Shown in pieces: positions 26,186-38,149 of a DNA stretch of 64,000 bases (positions are counted from its first letter, which is position 1; each line of letters begins with the position of its first letter). This DNA comes from Chiloscyllium plagiosum. Its lineage: Eukaryota. The stretch covers positions 70,477,018 to 70,541,017 of the forward strand of contig NC_057711.1 in the NCBI RefSeq assembly GCF_004010195.1, written 5' to 3'. Under the pieces are notes generated by a model that had not been told where the DNA came from, did no database searches, and was given only the letters and a program-made list of their open reading frames with translations. The position numbers and the translations under genes are program-made.

Positions 26186-26639
26186 TCTAACTGATGCCTC
26201 TAACTGATGCTTACAACAAATATTTTAATTAACTACTTCAATTAAATACTATGAGGAAAGAGTTAACCTTATATTGTAGTTTTATTCATTTTTAGATTTT
26301 GTCTGTTAAATGAGTTTTGCTAGAAGAATTAAAATGTAGTAATAAAACAAGCCTGTTTTACTCTTAGATTTGAGCGTACAACACAACAAAAAGCAGAGAC
26401 AGTGATTTTAATTCTGCTGCTATACTCCAGAGTAGACAGAAAGCCTCTCTCTGCTCACAGGGCCTTGAAGAAATATCTTCCTGAAAAGAACCATAGACTT
26501 GATAATTTTGAGAAGTGTGAATCAAGTAAAGGGGTAGAATCCATCGCTGTAAAGGCTGGTATAACTGTAAATTGATAATGCTAGGACGCATGTGAATTAC
26601 CACATGCTAGTTGTAAATACAAGCTATGAAAAGATAGGA

Positions 26640-26845
26640 GAAAGTGAGGACTGCAGATGTTGGAGATCAGAGTTAAGGGTATGGTGCTGGAAAACACAGC
26701 AGGTCAGGCAGCATCTGGGGAGCAGGAGAATCGATGTTTCGGGCATAAGTCCTGATTCCTGATGAAGGGTTTTGCCCAAAACATCGATTTCCTGCTCCTT
26801 GGATGCTGCCTGACCTACTGTGCTTTTCCAGCACCACACTCTCGA
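26640..26845. mobile_element. Head-to-head inverted pLTR pair (family A), no ORF
   Basis: Arms ~26665-26750 and ~26765-26845 are complementary; 16-bp TSD ctatgaaaagatagga 26624-26639 / 26846-26861. Confidence 0.92.
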
Positions 26846-27795
26846 CTATGAAAAGATAGGATCAATACTTTGGAATTTGAAAGTCTGGCACATTCAGAAT
26901 TCCAACCTAGGAAGTGTACCCTGCCTTGAAATTCCCGAGTAAAACTTGTAGGTCCTGCTATTAATTTTGTGTGTTGTGTTTATTTATTGTTAAAATGGTT
27001 TTATGCTTAATAAACCTATAAATGACAGACATAAATGCTGCAAGCCCTATATTTATATGTTTAACTTAGGCCAAGCACCCATCTTCTCATGACAACGCTT
27101 CCCACAATGCCCAAAAGGTGATATGGTACCTTAAACATTGTTATCCCTTCATCTGTAAGCGTTCCTTCACTCATATCCTTACATGTTTTCAACCCACAGA
27201 AAGACAGTATGAGAGAGGCATCATCCAATGAGGTCATAATCTATAACTTCCTGTTGCAGACACATGTCATCACACCCATTATGGCCGCATGGAAGGAACA
27301 GCATATCGACGCATGTCATGTCAGTTAAAAGTAATTTGGCCCTTCCTGCTTTCTTTTTAAAGGGGGAAAGACCAGCAAGAGGTGATGATGGTAAACATCT
27401 GCCCTCTCGCCCTCTATAAGGAGGAAGCATGGAGAGAAGGTCCAAGAGGATGTCAGGAATGATGGAGTAGGAGGGTATGTGGCAGCTGTGGGTTTGTGAT
27501 GACATTCCATTTATCTTTCTTTTCATTTTACTGTCTCCCACATTAACTGTTACTGAACAAAGGAATGGAACTTTCTTGCCTTGTAAAACTTTACCAAAAG
27601 TCCGTTCCAGTTTCTCATTCACATATTGACTGTCAATACCACTGAATGAACAACATTAGACTCTAATGCATACTGATGACATCCAGTTCCACTCCTCAAT
27701 ACCACTCTATCAACTCCTCCACTGCACCAGATTTATCACATTTTCAGAAATACTGGATCAGAAAATATCTTGTAATTAAAGTGGGGAAAATTAAT

Positions 27796-28298
27796 AAGTA
27801 AAAACAATGACTGCAGATGCTGGAAACCAGATTTCAACTCCCTCTCCCGCTCTGCCGAGGACATGGAGGTCCTGGGCCTCCTTCACCGCCGCTCCCTCAC
27901 CACCAGACGCCTGGAGGAAAAACGCCTCATCTTCCGCCTCGGAACACTTCAACCCCAGGGCATCAATGTGGACTTCAACAGTTTCCTCATTTCCCCTTCC
28001 CCCACCTCATCCTACTTCCAAACTTTCAGCTCAGCACTGTCACCATGACTTGTCCTACCTGCCTATCTTCTTTTCCACCTATTCACTCCACCCTCCTCCC
28101 TGACCTATCACCTTCATTCCCTCCCCCACTCACCTATTGTACTCTATGCTACTTTCCCCCCACCCTCCTCTAGCTTATCTCTCCACCCTTCAGGCTCTCT
28201 GCCTTTATTCCTGATGAAGGGCTTTTGCCCGAAATGTCGATTTTGGTCCTCGGATGCTGCCTGAACTGCTGTGCTCTTCCAGCACCACTAATCCAGAA
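27796..28298 (+). mobile_element. PLE 3' fragment (GIY-YIG C-terminus + pLTR) with inverted tail at its 5' end
   Basis: RRLEEKRLIFRLGTLQPQGIN; CTGATGA-A-GGGCTTTTGCCC-GAAA-TGTC at 28211-28238; TSD tggggaaaatt 27782-27792 / 28299-28309. Confidence 0.9.
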
Positions 28299-28329
28299 TG
28301 GGGAAAATTGATGACAGTATTTCTGACCT

Positions 28330-29450
28330 CTGTCGAAACTCTCGTACTTAGTCACCAATCTTATCGTCCTCTTGGCTACTGTCTGAGATAGTGGCTTACT
28401 TTATCATGAGCTTACTTTCTAATGCCAACATACTGTATTTTGTTATTCATAAAATTATCCAGCTTTGATCCTTCTGCTGCTAAAACTTTAATCAATGCCT
28501 ATGCCACCTCCATATATGATCAATCAAATGCTTTCCTGGTCAGCTTACCACTGTTCATCCTCTGTGAAATTGAGCTCATCTAAAGCTCTGTTGTCTGTAC
28601 CTTAACACACCCAAAATTCCATTCATAATGCTTGACAGCATACTTTTCCATCCCAAGTTTCTGTCTTTATGTCGAGAGTGATGGAACAGATTTGAGGAGC
28701 TGCTCCTATGTTCCTACAAATCTTTCCACAGACTCATTTTTTCCTGCTTCTGCAATCTCCTCTGGCCCATCAATCCTCAGAGAACTCTGTAGTCCAGTTC
28801 TGACCCTTAGCACATCCTTAATTTTCTTCACCACACATACATTCTGGTTAAAATAATAATGTTGTGTGCAATCAGGTTCAGTCTCAAATGGATTCAGGCA
28901 TACAGCCCCTTGCATGAAACTCACTCTAACAACATCTCAACCTGGCTCTCCATTTTAAGCAGGTTGCTGAGAAGTGACTATAACACAAGTCCTAAAATTG
29001 CCAAAAAATCTCAGCATGGCAGTTAGCCATTTAACGTATTGAGTCAGCTCCGCCACTGAAAGTGTTCATGGCTGATCTGATTACCCTCAACTCCACTTTC
29101 CTGCCTTTTCCTTCGAACCCTTACTGATTCAAGATCTGTCTATCTCAGCCTTGAATATACTTAATGACCCATTTTGACAGCCATCTGCAGGAAGGAATTC
29201 CTCAGCTTCACTACCCTCTGAGAGAAGAAAGTCCTTCTCACCTCTGTCTTATGTTTGTGACCCCTTTCTGCTCAGATTATTCCCTCTGGTCCTAGACTCA
29301 CAAGTGGACCAAACTTTCCACATCTACCCTGTTAAATCTCTTAAGGGTCTTCTATGTTTCAATAAGAATGTTGAATTTTTGTCCTGTGCAGCACCTTGGG
29401 ATATTTTACTATAGTAAAGGTGCTATATAAATAGAAGTTGTTGCTGTTGA
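28330..29450 (+). mobile_element. Decayed L2 LINE 3' end, interrupted by a minus-strand CR1 tail (~29000-29365)
   Basis: AAKTLINAYATSIYDQSNAFLVSLP resembles the L2 AETLIHAFVTSRLDYSNALLAGLP motif; tail aaaggtgctatataaatagaagttgttg. Confidence 0.65.
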
Positions 29451-30053
29451 AAGTGGTATGTGACCTTTGCTCTACAGGACTAGTCCAGCTTTTCTTTCAT
29501 CTTTAGAATGTGTTAGAAAGAGGACACAGGCTCCTCTGCATTTGAATCTGTCAGCATAAACAACATATTCCATCATGCTTTGTGTCCATTCTAAACAAAG
29601 AATGGCTCAATCATCTGCATCTTGGTGAATTGGGGATTGAATCCGAATCAGCGCAACACAAAGCATAAGTAAACAGAAGAAGTTGGTACACCATCTGAGG
29701 AGATTTGATTGTTGAGAGTTCAGGATGGGTCATCTCTTGGCTCAAGTGCCTGAAGATCTAGTTTATAAATCCCAATTTTTAAAGAACAATGCTCGAAGTG
29801 TCATGGCTGAATCAGGCTGAAAACAACTTAACAGAGTTGCAATCCACAAGGAAGCATGTAGGAACTGCACAAACTTTTACAGAGAAGATTTCTGTCATAA
29901 TGTTGCCACGTTTTTTGACATTCTATTGGAGAGGGCTGTTTCTTTTGACTTCAATGGGTTTGGCAATGAGTTACAACCATGCAAGAGGGCTTGAGCAATC
30001 TCATCACTGCATTTTTCTTCTGTACCTCAACCAACACAATATTCTAGATTCTT

Positions 30054-31036
30054 GGAACAAATTACTGCAGATGCTGTAATCTGCACTGAAAACAACAAAT
30101 TCTGGAAATCACAGCGGGTCAGACAGTAATCCATGGAGAGAGAGTCTAGATGAATCTTCATCAGAGCTAAAGTAAAGTGTGGAGGGGACAGCATTTATGC
30201 TATAGTTTGCGGGGTGGGTGCATGGTGGAGGGTTGCTGGGGGTAGTGTGTGTAGGGTGCCGATGAAGAGATGTTGATAGTTCAGATTAAGTGATCGGAAT
30301 GTGAAAATGGCAGAACAATGGTGTGTTTCCTGCCAGAATTGAGAGGACAGTAAGTGGGATGGGGGAAGGAGAGGACAGGATAACTAGCTAAAAGAAAGGG
30401 AAGAAATGTTCACAGTTTGAAGGTGTTGTGCATTGTATTCGCTGCACCCATTGTGGCCTATTCTAAATTGGAGAAACAAAACCCAAACTGCGTGACCACT
30501 TTGCAGAACACCTCTGGTCTGTGTGCAAGCATGACCCTGACCTTCCCATAGCTGGTCATTTTAACACAACGTCCTGCTCACATACCCACTTGTCTCGGCA
30601 TTCTGCAGTGCTCCAGTGAATCACAGCGCAATCTGGAGGAATATCATCTAATCTTCAGACTAGGCACTTTACAATCTTCTGGACTTATTACTGAATTCAA
30701 TACTTTCAAACTGTGAACATTTCTTCTTTTTCTATTAGCTTCTTGTCATGTCCTCCCCTTCACCATCCCACTTACTGTCCTTTCAAATCTGGCAGAAGAC
30801 ACATCATTAATCCGCCATTTTCACATTCTAATCACTATTGCCATCTTGTCTTCACTGGCACCCTACACCCACTAACTCCAGCCCCACTCCTCTCTCAAAC
30901 CAAAGTATAACTGCTGCTCCTTCCATGCTTAACTTCAGTTCTAATGAAGAGTCATCTCAACTCGAAACGTTAGCTTGTTCTCTCTCCATGGATCACTGTC
31001 TGACCCACTGTGATCTCCAATATTTGTTGTTTTCAC
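30054..31036 (+). mobile_element. PLE with ~330-bp inverted arms around a GIY-YIG fragment
   Basis: 30085-30425 complementary to 30706-31036; centre encodes VHCIRCTHCGLF*IGETKPKLRDHFAEH..LEEYHLIFRLGTLQ. Confidence 0.85.
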
Positions 31037-31145
31037 TTCACTCCAAAATCCTGTCTTTACTGGTATGACATGAATCAGAATGCAGAATAGTACCTTAGTA
31101 TAGCAGCAAATTGGGCTTTCTCCAAACTCTCAGATGACTGTACAT

Positions 31146-31345
31146 ACTCAGCGAGTCGTGAGTTCATGGAATGCCCTGCCAGTAGCAGTGGTGGACTCTC
31201 CCTCTTTATGTGCATTTAAGCGGGCATTGGATAGGCATATGGAGGATAGTGGGCTAGTGTAGGTTAGGTGGGCTTGGTTCGGCGCAACATCGAGGGCCAA
31301 AGGGCCTGTACTGCGCTGTATTCTTCTATGTTCTATGTTCTATAT
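31146..31345 (+). mobile_element. Young CR1 3' end
   Basis: WNALP motif, gggccaaagggcctgtactgcgctgta and (ttctatg)n tail; same subfamily as 55715-55911. Confidence 0.85.
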
Positions 31346-31954
31346 GGCTGAAAAGATGTAAGGCCATACAGAAAATCAGAAGTGCTGGATATGGTTCAGA
31401 GCATGGCTGCTGTGAGAAGGTAACCAGGTTCATCTCAAAATGCTTTAATGGCTTCTTTAGGACCCTAGCAACTATTTTGCAATGGCAACTCTTGCCAGTC
31501 AGAATGAGCCAAGAAGAAGCAGAGGATTAATGAATGCACACATCAGGTAGTTAGGAAATGTATAAAAAACACACACACACAAACAACAGGTTCTGTTAAA
31601 ATATTATTATTCCATTGATGTGTAAGTAAACATTTTGCGTGACAAGATTCTTTAATTATATTGTAGGACTGGTAGGTCTTTCTGAAGATGAACTGTTGTG
31701 GAGTGAAGGAAGAAGATGTAAAGTGTACATTTATTACATTAGTAATTTGAAATTTCCTGGGTGTATATTGGAGCAAAGTATGCCCTCTGCATTCCTTTCA
31801 GCACAGAGGATTGCTGCTTCTTTTAGTTTTCTTTGAGTCTTTCACCACAGGGGACTTCATAATGAGGTATCAGTAAGGTAACATTGGATTGTATGGAGGA
31901 CACATCTGTGACCTTGAATTCTTTACAGGACTGCGTTGTATTACAGGCTCCAAA

Positions 31955-32258
31955 AGTGAGAGGTTGGACAAGCTGGGACTTTTTTTCTTTAGCGCGTAGG
32001 AGACTGAGGGGGGAGTCTTATAGAAATGTATATGAACATGAGAGGCATGAATAGAGTGAATGCAATCAGTCTTTTTCCCAGGATTGCGGAATCGCGGACT
32101 AGAGGGCATCAGTTTAAGGTTTGAGTGGAAAGAATAAAAGAGAACCTTTGGACAACTTTTCTACACAGAGGTTGGTATGGAATGACCTGCCAGCAGAAGT
32201 GGATATGGGCCAAGTGCAGGGAAATGGGGTTAGCGTTGATGGACATTTTGGTCGGCAA
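31955..32258 (+). mobile_element. CR1 3' fragment
   Basis: RLDKLGLF..RLRG..RTRGH motifs. Confidence 0.8.
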
Positions 32259-32599
32259 ACTTAATTAAAGAAATAGAATTTTAAGGCATGCCTTAAGGTG
32301 GAAAGAGAGGGAGAAGTGCAGGAAGGGAAGTCCAGAGATTGGAGCGTGGTAAGGCATAGCACGTGGGAATACTCAAGCGGTCAGAATTCGAGAAACACAA
32401 GATATTTTGAAAGTTTACAGGGCTAGAAGAGATACAGAGGGGCAAAGCCATGGAGGGTATTGCAAACAAGGATAAGAATTGTAGAATGTTGTTTAAAAAG
32501 AGCCTGTGTAGGTTAGACAGCACAGGGGTTAAGGGTGAATGGACGTTACCATGAATTAAGATGCAGTAGTATAATTTACTTCTGGGTTACCCTTCCAAT

Positions 32600-32705
32600 C
32601 CCCAGTCCTAACAAAGGGTTTCGGCCTGAAGCATTGATTTTCCTACTCCTCAGATGCTGTCTGACCTGCTGTGCTTTTCCAGCTTCATATCTATTGACCC
32701 CGAAC
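32600..32705 (+). mobile_element. Decayed solo PLE pLTR (family A)
   Basis: aagggtttcggcctgaagc..ctcctcagatgctgtctgacctgctgtgcttttccagc. Confidence 0.75.
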
Positions 32706-33291
32706 ATGACTGAAGGTAGAATGTGGGACAACTGTAATGCCTTTTAGAGAAGGAAATTGGGTATCCATGTGACTTCAGCCCCACAATAAATTGCTTGACC
32801 CCCAACTGTCCTATGATATTACTGAGCACACAGCTCATTTTAAGATCAGTTAGAAATGGACAAGGAATGCTGGCCTTGCTGGTTGCACTCACATCTTGCT
32901 AAAGGAATGAATAAAATTGATCAAAGTTAATTCATGTGAATTAGAATTCTTTAAGGATTGCTGGTTCAAGGCCCTGAAGAATTTGTGGATACTGCAGCCA
33001 TTCACAGACCAATTTGTCAAAGGATTCTGCATTAAGTCCTCCATTTTGTAAAATGTGTCAACACCACATTAGACAACCTGGATGTATATTCAACAGTCCT
33101 GACCACAAATAAGTTTCAGAATGAACTGCATCATCTTCTGTTATATTGGGCCTTACTGGAAACCCGTTTTATCCCTATGCAACAGACATAGTTACTAGGC
33201 CACTTAGTTTACAACTTACAACTTTAACAACAGCCTCTCTACCTTTTTAGTTGCAAGAGATGTTGATTGTTTAAAATTGACATGTAGATGT

Positions 33292-33400
33292 TGGGCAAAA
33301 GTGAGTACTGCAGATGCTGGAGTAGAATTTAGATTAGAGTAGTGCTGGAAAAGCACAGCAGGTCAGGCATCATCCAAGGTAGCAGGAAAATTGATGTTTC
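33292..33400 (-). mobile_element. Solo PLE pLTR (family A) truncated at the hammerhead GAAA
   Basis: aaagtgagtactgcagatgctgg...gcaggaaaattgatgtttc. Confidence 0.8.
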
Positions 33401-33607
33401 CAGTTTGAGGAGTTGTAATGGGCTGCTAGGTGACAGGGAAAGGCAGGTTGGCACTTGAATTAGAAGCTGTCCATTGGAACAAAGTGCTGGTGAGAATTTT
33501 TGTCCTTATGTTGACCTACTTTTCTGCTGTTAGCATCACTAGAGCCTGCTTGTTTCTCATCTTTCAATTTTCATAATAAATTTACCTCTCATTGTCGCAC
33601 TGTTCAC

Positions 33608-33780
33608 ATAGAGTCATACAGATGTACAGCATGGAAACTGACCCTTCGGTCCAACTTGCCCATGCTGACCAGCTATCCTAAATTAATCTAGCCCCATTTG
33701 CCAGCACTTGGCCCATTGCCCTCTAAACCTTTCCTATTCATGTACTCATTCAGATGCCTTTTAAATGTTGTAATTGTACA
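33608..33780 (-). mobile_element. CR1 3' UTR fragment
   Basis: Reverse complement of 22430-22605. Confidence 0.85.
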
Positions 33781-34174
33781 TTGGTCTGACTCGATTGATT
33801 TCTTTTGTTTATACAATGTCTTATGTTATACAATCTTAGTCATCTAACCATCTGTTTCTCTTTAAAGTGCAGTGCTTGTATTTTCTCCCTCATTTTTAAT
33901 GCTGCCTTATTTGCTTTGTTCTAACCCTATTTAAAAGTTGTTCACTCTTCAGCTTTTGAAATCTGATGAAGGGTCACACCTGAAACATTAACCTTCCTCA
34001 TCTCTCTCATGGTACAGAGAGAACTATTAAATGCTTCCAATATCTTATGTTTTAGTTTAAGCTTTATTTTTTAGTCAAAGAGCATTGAAACTTGAGACTG
34101 CCATTCTTGTATTTTATACTTAGCTATGTTATGTATCTGATTTTTTGAAAATTGTTCATTTAAAAAAGTATTTA

Positions 34175-36030
34175 TGAGAGGCGTCAGGTAGAAAATACAG
34201 CTGAGAATTAAACTGAATAGAGAATATTCAGAAGGGAGTTGAAAAAGAAATATGCAATAAGGGATTATGAATAAAGAATGAGTAGTTAATGTAAAGGCGA
34301 ATCAAAAGACAAGTATTGGCACATAAACAGTAAAGGGATGGTCAAAAAAAAGGAGTAAGGTCATTTAGGGACCAAAAGGGAAATGTACACATGGAGGCAG
34401 GTGTCATAGCTAAAGTGTTAAATCAGTAATTTAAGTCTGTGAACGAAGACTTTGGTCAGGCCATGGTGAAAGGTGAGGAAACACAGTCACTAAAAGTTTA
34501 AAAATTAAAAGATAGTGGTGGATAGGCTGTCAACAGTTAAACTTCATAAGATAACAGGACTGGATGATATACATCCAAGAATATTGAAAGAAATGAAATT
34601 GGAAACTGCAAAGGGACTAGCAGTGGTCTATCAATCTTTCCTAGATTCAAGGGACATGCCAGAGGACTGGAGAATTGCAAATATTAACGCCCTTGTTCAG
34701 AAAAGTGTGTAAAGGTAAGTCTACCAATTACAAACCAGTCAGTTTAACATTAATGATGGAGAAATTGTTTTGAAACATGGTAAAATCTCTGTTAACTAGA
34801 AAAAAGTCAGCACCTATTTCCTAAGGGAAAATTGTGTTTGTCTAACTAGCTGGAGGTTTTGTGGAGAGAGGTTGAAGAGGTTTAGTGAGGCAAGGCTATT
34901 GACATGGGGTACATGGACTTCCAAAAGGTGTTCTATACAGCTTCACACAATAGATTTGTGAGAAAGAATATATCTCATGAAACAAAAGTGACTGCAGCAA
35001 TGTAGATACAAAATTAACTGAGGGCTAGGAAACAGAATAGTAGTTAATAAACATTTTTTGAGGCTGGAGGAAGTTTGTACTGACATTCTGCAAGGGTCAG
35101 TTTTGGAACCTTTGCTTTTTCTGACAAATGTTAATGATCAAGATCTTGGTGTGCAAGTGACAACTTTCAAGATTTTAAATGATATAAACTGGAAGCTACA
35201 AAGGGACGTTGACAAGCTGATGAAGTGGGTAGATAGGTGGCAAACGAAGTTCAATACAGAGACATATAAGGCGATACATTTTGATAGAGAAAGAACACGG
35301 AAATACAGTGTTGAGTAAGGAGTGTGCAGAAACAGAGAACCTTGAATGTATATGTGTATGTCACTGAAGGTGGCAGGACAGGTGGACTCAGCAGTTAATA
35401 AAGCCTAGGTTTACCCTGGGCTTATCAACAGGAGCACAGAATACAGGACCAAGGAGGTTATCCTGAACTTTATAATACTCGTTTGACCTCAGATGGCTTA
35501 TAATGAACAGTTTTAGGCACCACACATCAGGATACATGTGAATGCATTGGGTAGAGTGCAGTCATGGCTTGTGAGAATGGTTTCAGTATAAGAAACTTCA
35601 GTTATGAAGATAGATTGGAGAAGTTTGGAACTGTTTCTCTTGGTGAAAATAAAGCTGACAGGAGAGTTGATAAAAGTTTGAAAATTATGAGGAGGCTGGA
35701 CACTGTAGACAGAGAGAATCTGTTCCCTTCCATAAAACTACAAGTATTAAGAATGGTAGTACAGATATAAGGTAATTTACAAAAGAAGGAAATGTGAAGT
35801 AACAAAAAAGATTTCTTCTCACAGATGTCATTAGTGTCTGTAATGCACTGCCTACAAGTCTAGTACAGGCAGGTTCAACTGGAGCATTCAGAAGGACTAG
35901 ATGATTATATAAATAGAAATAATATACTGTATTAGGGTTATGTGGAAAAAGCAGGAGAATTGGCACAATTTCATCATGTTCATTCTGTGAACTGATGCAT
36001 ACATGATGTGATGAACTGCATCTTTATACA
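34175..36030 (+). mobile_element. Old CR1 ORF2 (RT region)
   Basis: GLDDIHPRILKE, PEDWRIANI, MDFQK, LQGSVLEPLLFL, SYEDRLEK; many stops. Confidence 0.85.
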
Positions 36031-36189
36031 TCAAAATAATTTGAGAGTCTTGTAATAACATAATGTCATTGTGACTTGTGTGATCACCCTACGGTCATGT
36101 ATCTGTAATTTTGACTGGAAATAAAATCGTGAGCTTTGTCTTTTAAAGTGTTTTGAATGTTGATAACTTGCTTTATTTAAGATAATATA

Positions 36190-37022
36190 AAGTCATAGAG
36201 TCATACAGCAAGGAAACGGACTCTTCAGTTCATCCAGTCCATGCTGACTATGTTCCCAAATTAAACCCATCCCACTAGCCTGCACTTGGCCCATATCCAT
36301 CAAACCTTTCTTTTTCATGAACTCATCAAAATGTCTTTTAAACATAACTGCATCTGCATCCATCACTTTCTCTGGCAGTTCATTCCACAGACAAACCACT
36401 CTCTGTGTGAAAGTATTGTCCCTCCTGTCCTTTTTAAATATTTCTCCTTAAAAATTCGCCCCCTAGTTTTGAACTCCCTCATCAGAGGGAAAAGACTCTT
36501 GTCATTCACCTGAATTATGCCTCTCATGATTTTGTAAACCTCAGTTACATCACCCCTCAACCTCCTTCATTCCAATGAAACACATCTCAGGTTTTGCAGC
36601 CTATTTTTATATCTCAACCCTTCATTCCTGGCAATGTCCTGGTAAATCGTTAATAATTTCCTTCCTATAACAGGGCAACCAGGACGACACATAGTAGAAC
36701 AGAAGAAGCCTCAACAACGTCACGCACAACCTCAACATGATGTCACAACTCCTACACTGAAAGGTCTGTTTATCTGTTTATCTGTGACACAAATTCCAAA
36801 GAATTATGTACCCGAACCCCTAGGTCTCTCTGTTCGATAGCAGTACCCATTGCCCTACCATTAACTGTATAATGAACAGTTTTAGGCACCACACGTCAGG
36901 ATACGTGTGAATGCATCTGGAATGCATTTCCAAAATACAGCACCTCACATTTATCCAAATTAAACCCCATCTGCCACTCCTCAGTCCATTGACCTAATTG
37001 ATCAAGATCAACTGTAATCTTA
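36190..37022 (-). mobile_element. CR1 3' portion
   Basis: RGDVTEVYKIMRG, WNELPEKV, atgactctatgac tail on the minus strand. Confidence 0.85.
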
Positions 37023-37213
37023 GTTAAAAATCACACAACCTCAGGTTATAGTCCAACAAGTTTATTTGGAAGCACTAGCTTTCAGAGCGTTGCTCCTTGG
37101 AGTAGCGTTCCGAACGTTAGTGCTTCCAATTAAATCTGTTGGACTATAACCTGGTATTGTGTGATTTTTAGCTTTGTACACCCCAGTCCAACACTGGCAT
37201 CTCCAAATCATGA
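37023..37213. mobile_element. Head-to-head inverted pLTR pair (family C), both CTGATGA cores missing
   Basis: 37023-37097 complementary to 37099-37172; same family as 45203-45409 in opposite orientation. Confidence 0.85.
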
Positions 37214-37214
37214 C

Positions 37215-37649
37215 TAGAATAATATGTCATGGATCTAACCAGGGATCAGGCTAGTTTGGACCCAGTAATGTTAATGAGGCAGTTTTAATAGATAATCTCA
37301 GAGTAAAAGATTCTTAGAAGCAGTGACTATAACATGATAGAATTTAGCATTCAGTATTAGAGTGTGAAGTTTGGGTCAGAGACATTGCCCGTAGTGTTAG
37401 GTAAGGGGTAAATGTAGGGGTATGGGTGGGTTGCGCTTCGGCGGGGCGGTGTGGACTTGTTGGGCCGGAGGGCCTGTTTCCACACTGTAAGTAATCTAAT
37501 CTAATCTAATCTAATCTAATCTAATCTAATCTAATCTAATCTAATACTTAAATATGGGTATTTATAAATGAATGAGCACAGAGTTGTCTGGTGTGGACTG
37601 GAGAAGGGGTTTGGCAGTAAAGCTGGTTGAATAACAATGATAGACATTT
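37215..37649 (+). mobile_element. CR1 endonuclease fragment containing an HE1 3' half (37384-37545) with long (CTAAT)n tail
   Basis: SDYNMIEFSI APE motif; SINE piece nearly identical to 11883-12009. Confidence 0.8.
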
Positions 37650-38149
37650 NNNNNNNNNNNNNNNNNNNNNNNNNNNNNNNNNNNNNNNNNNNNNNNNNNN
37701 NNNNNNNNNNNNNNNNNNNNNNNNNNNNNNNNNNNNNNNNNNNNNNNNNNNNNNNNNNNNNNNNNNNNNNNNNNNNNNNNNNNNNNNNNNNNNNNNNNNN
37801 NNNNNNNNNNNNNNNNNNNNNNNNNNNNNNNNNNNNNNNNNNNNNNNNNNNNNNNNNNNNNNNNNNNNNNNNNNNNNNNNNNNNNNNNNNNNNNNNNNNN
37901 NNNNNNNNNNNNNNNNNNNNNNNNNNNNNNNNNNNNNNNNNNNNNNNNNNNNNNNNNNNNNNNNNNNNNNNNNNNNNNNNNNNNNNNNNNNNNNNNNNNN
38001 NNNNNNNNNNNNNNNNNNNNNNNNNNNNNNNNNNNNNNNNNNNNNNNNNNNNNNNNNNNNNNNNNNNNNNNNNNNNNNNNNNNNNNNNNNNNNNNNNNNN
38101 NNNNNNNNNNNNNNNNNNNNNNNNNNNNNNNNNNNNNNNNNNNNNNNNN
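37650..38149. other. Assembly gap (500 N)
   Basis: N run. Confidence 1.

Noticed and set aside
27221..27622. 133-aa minus ORF with RING-like LFLPCGH..C...C
   Set aside because: No upstream CxxC at the right spacing, no terminal CPxC, and the rest of the ORF is unrecognisable; most likely chance.
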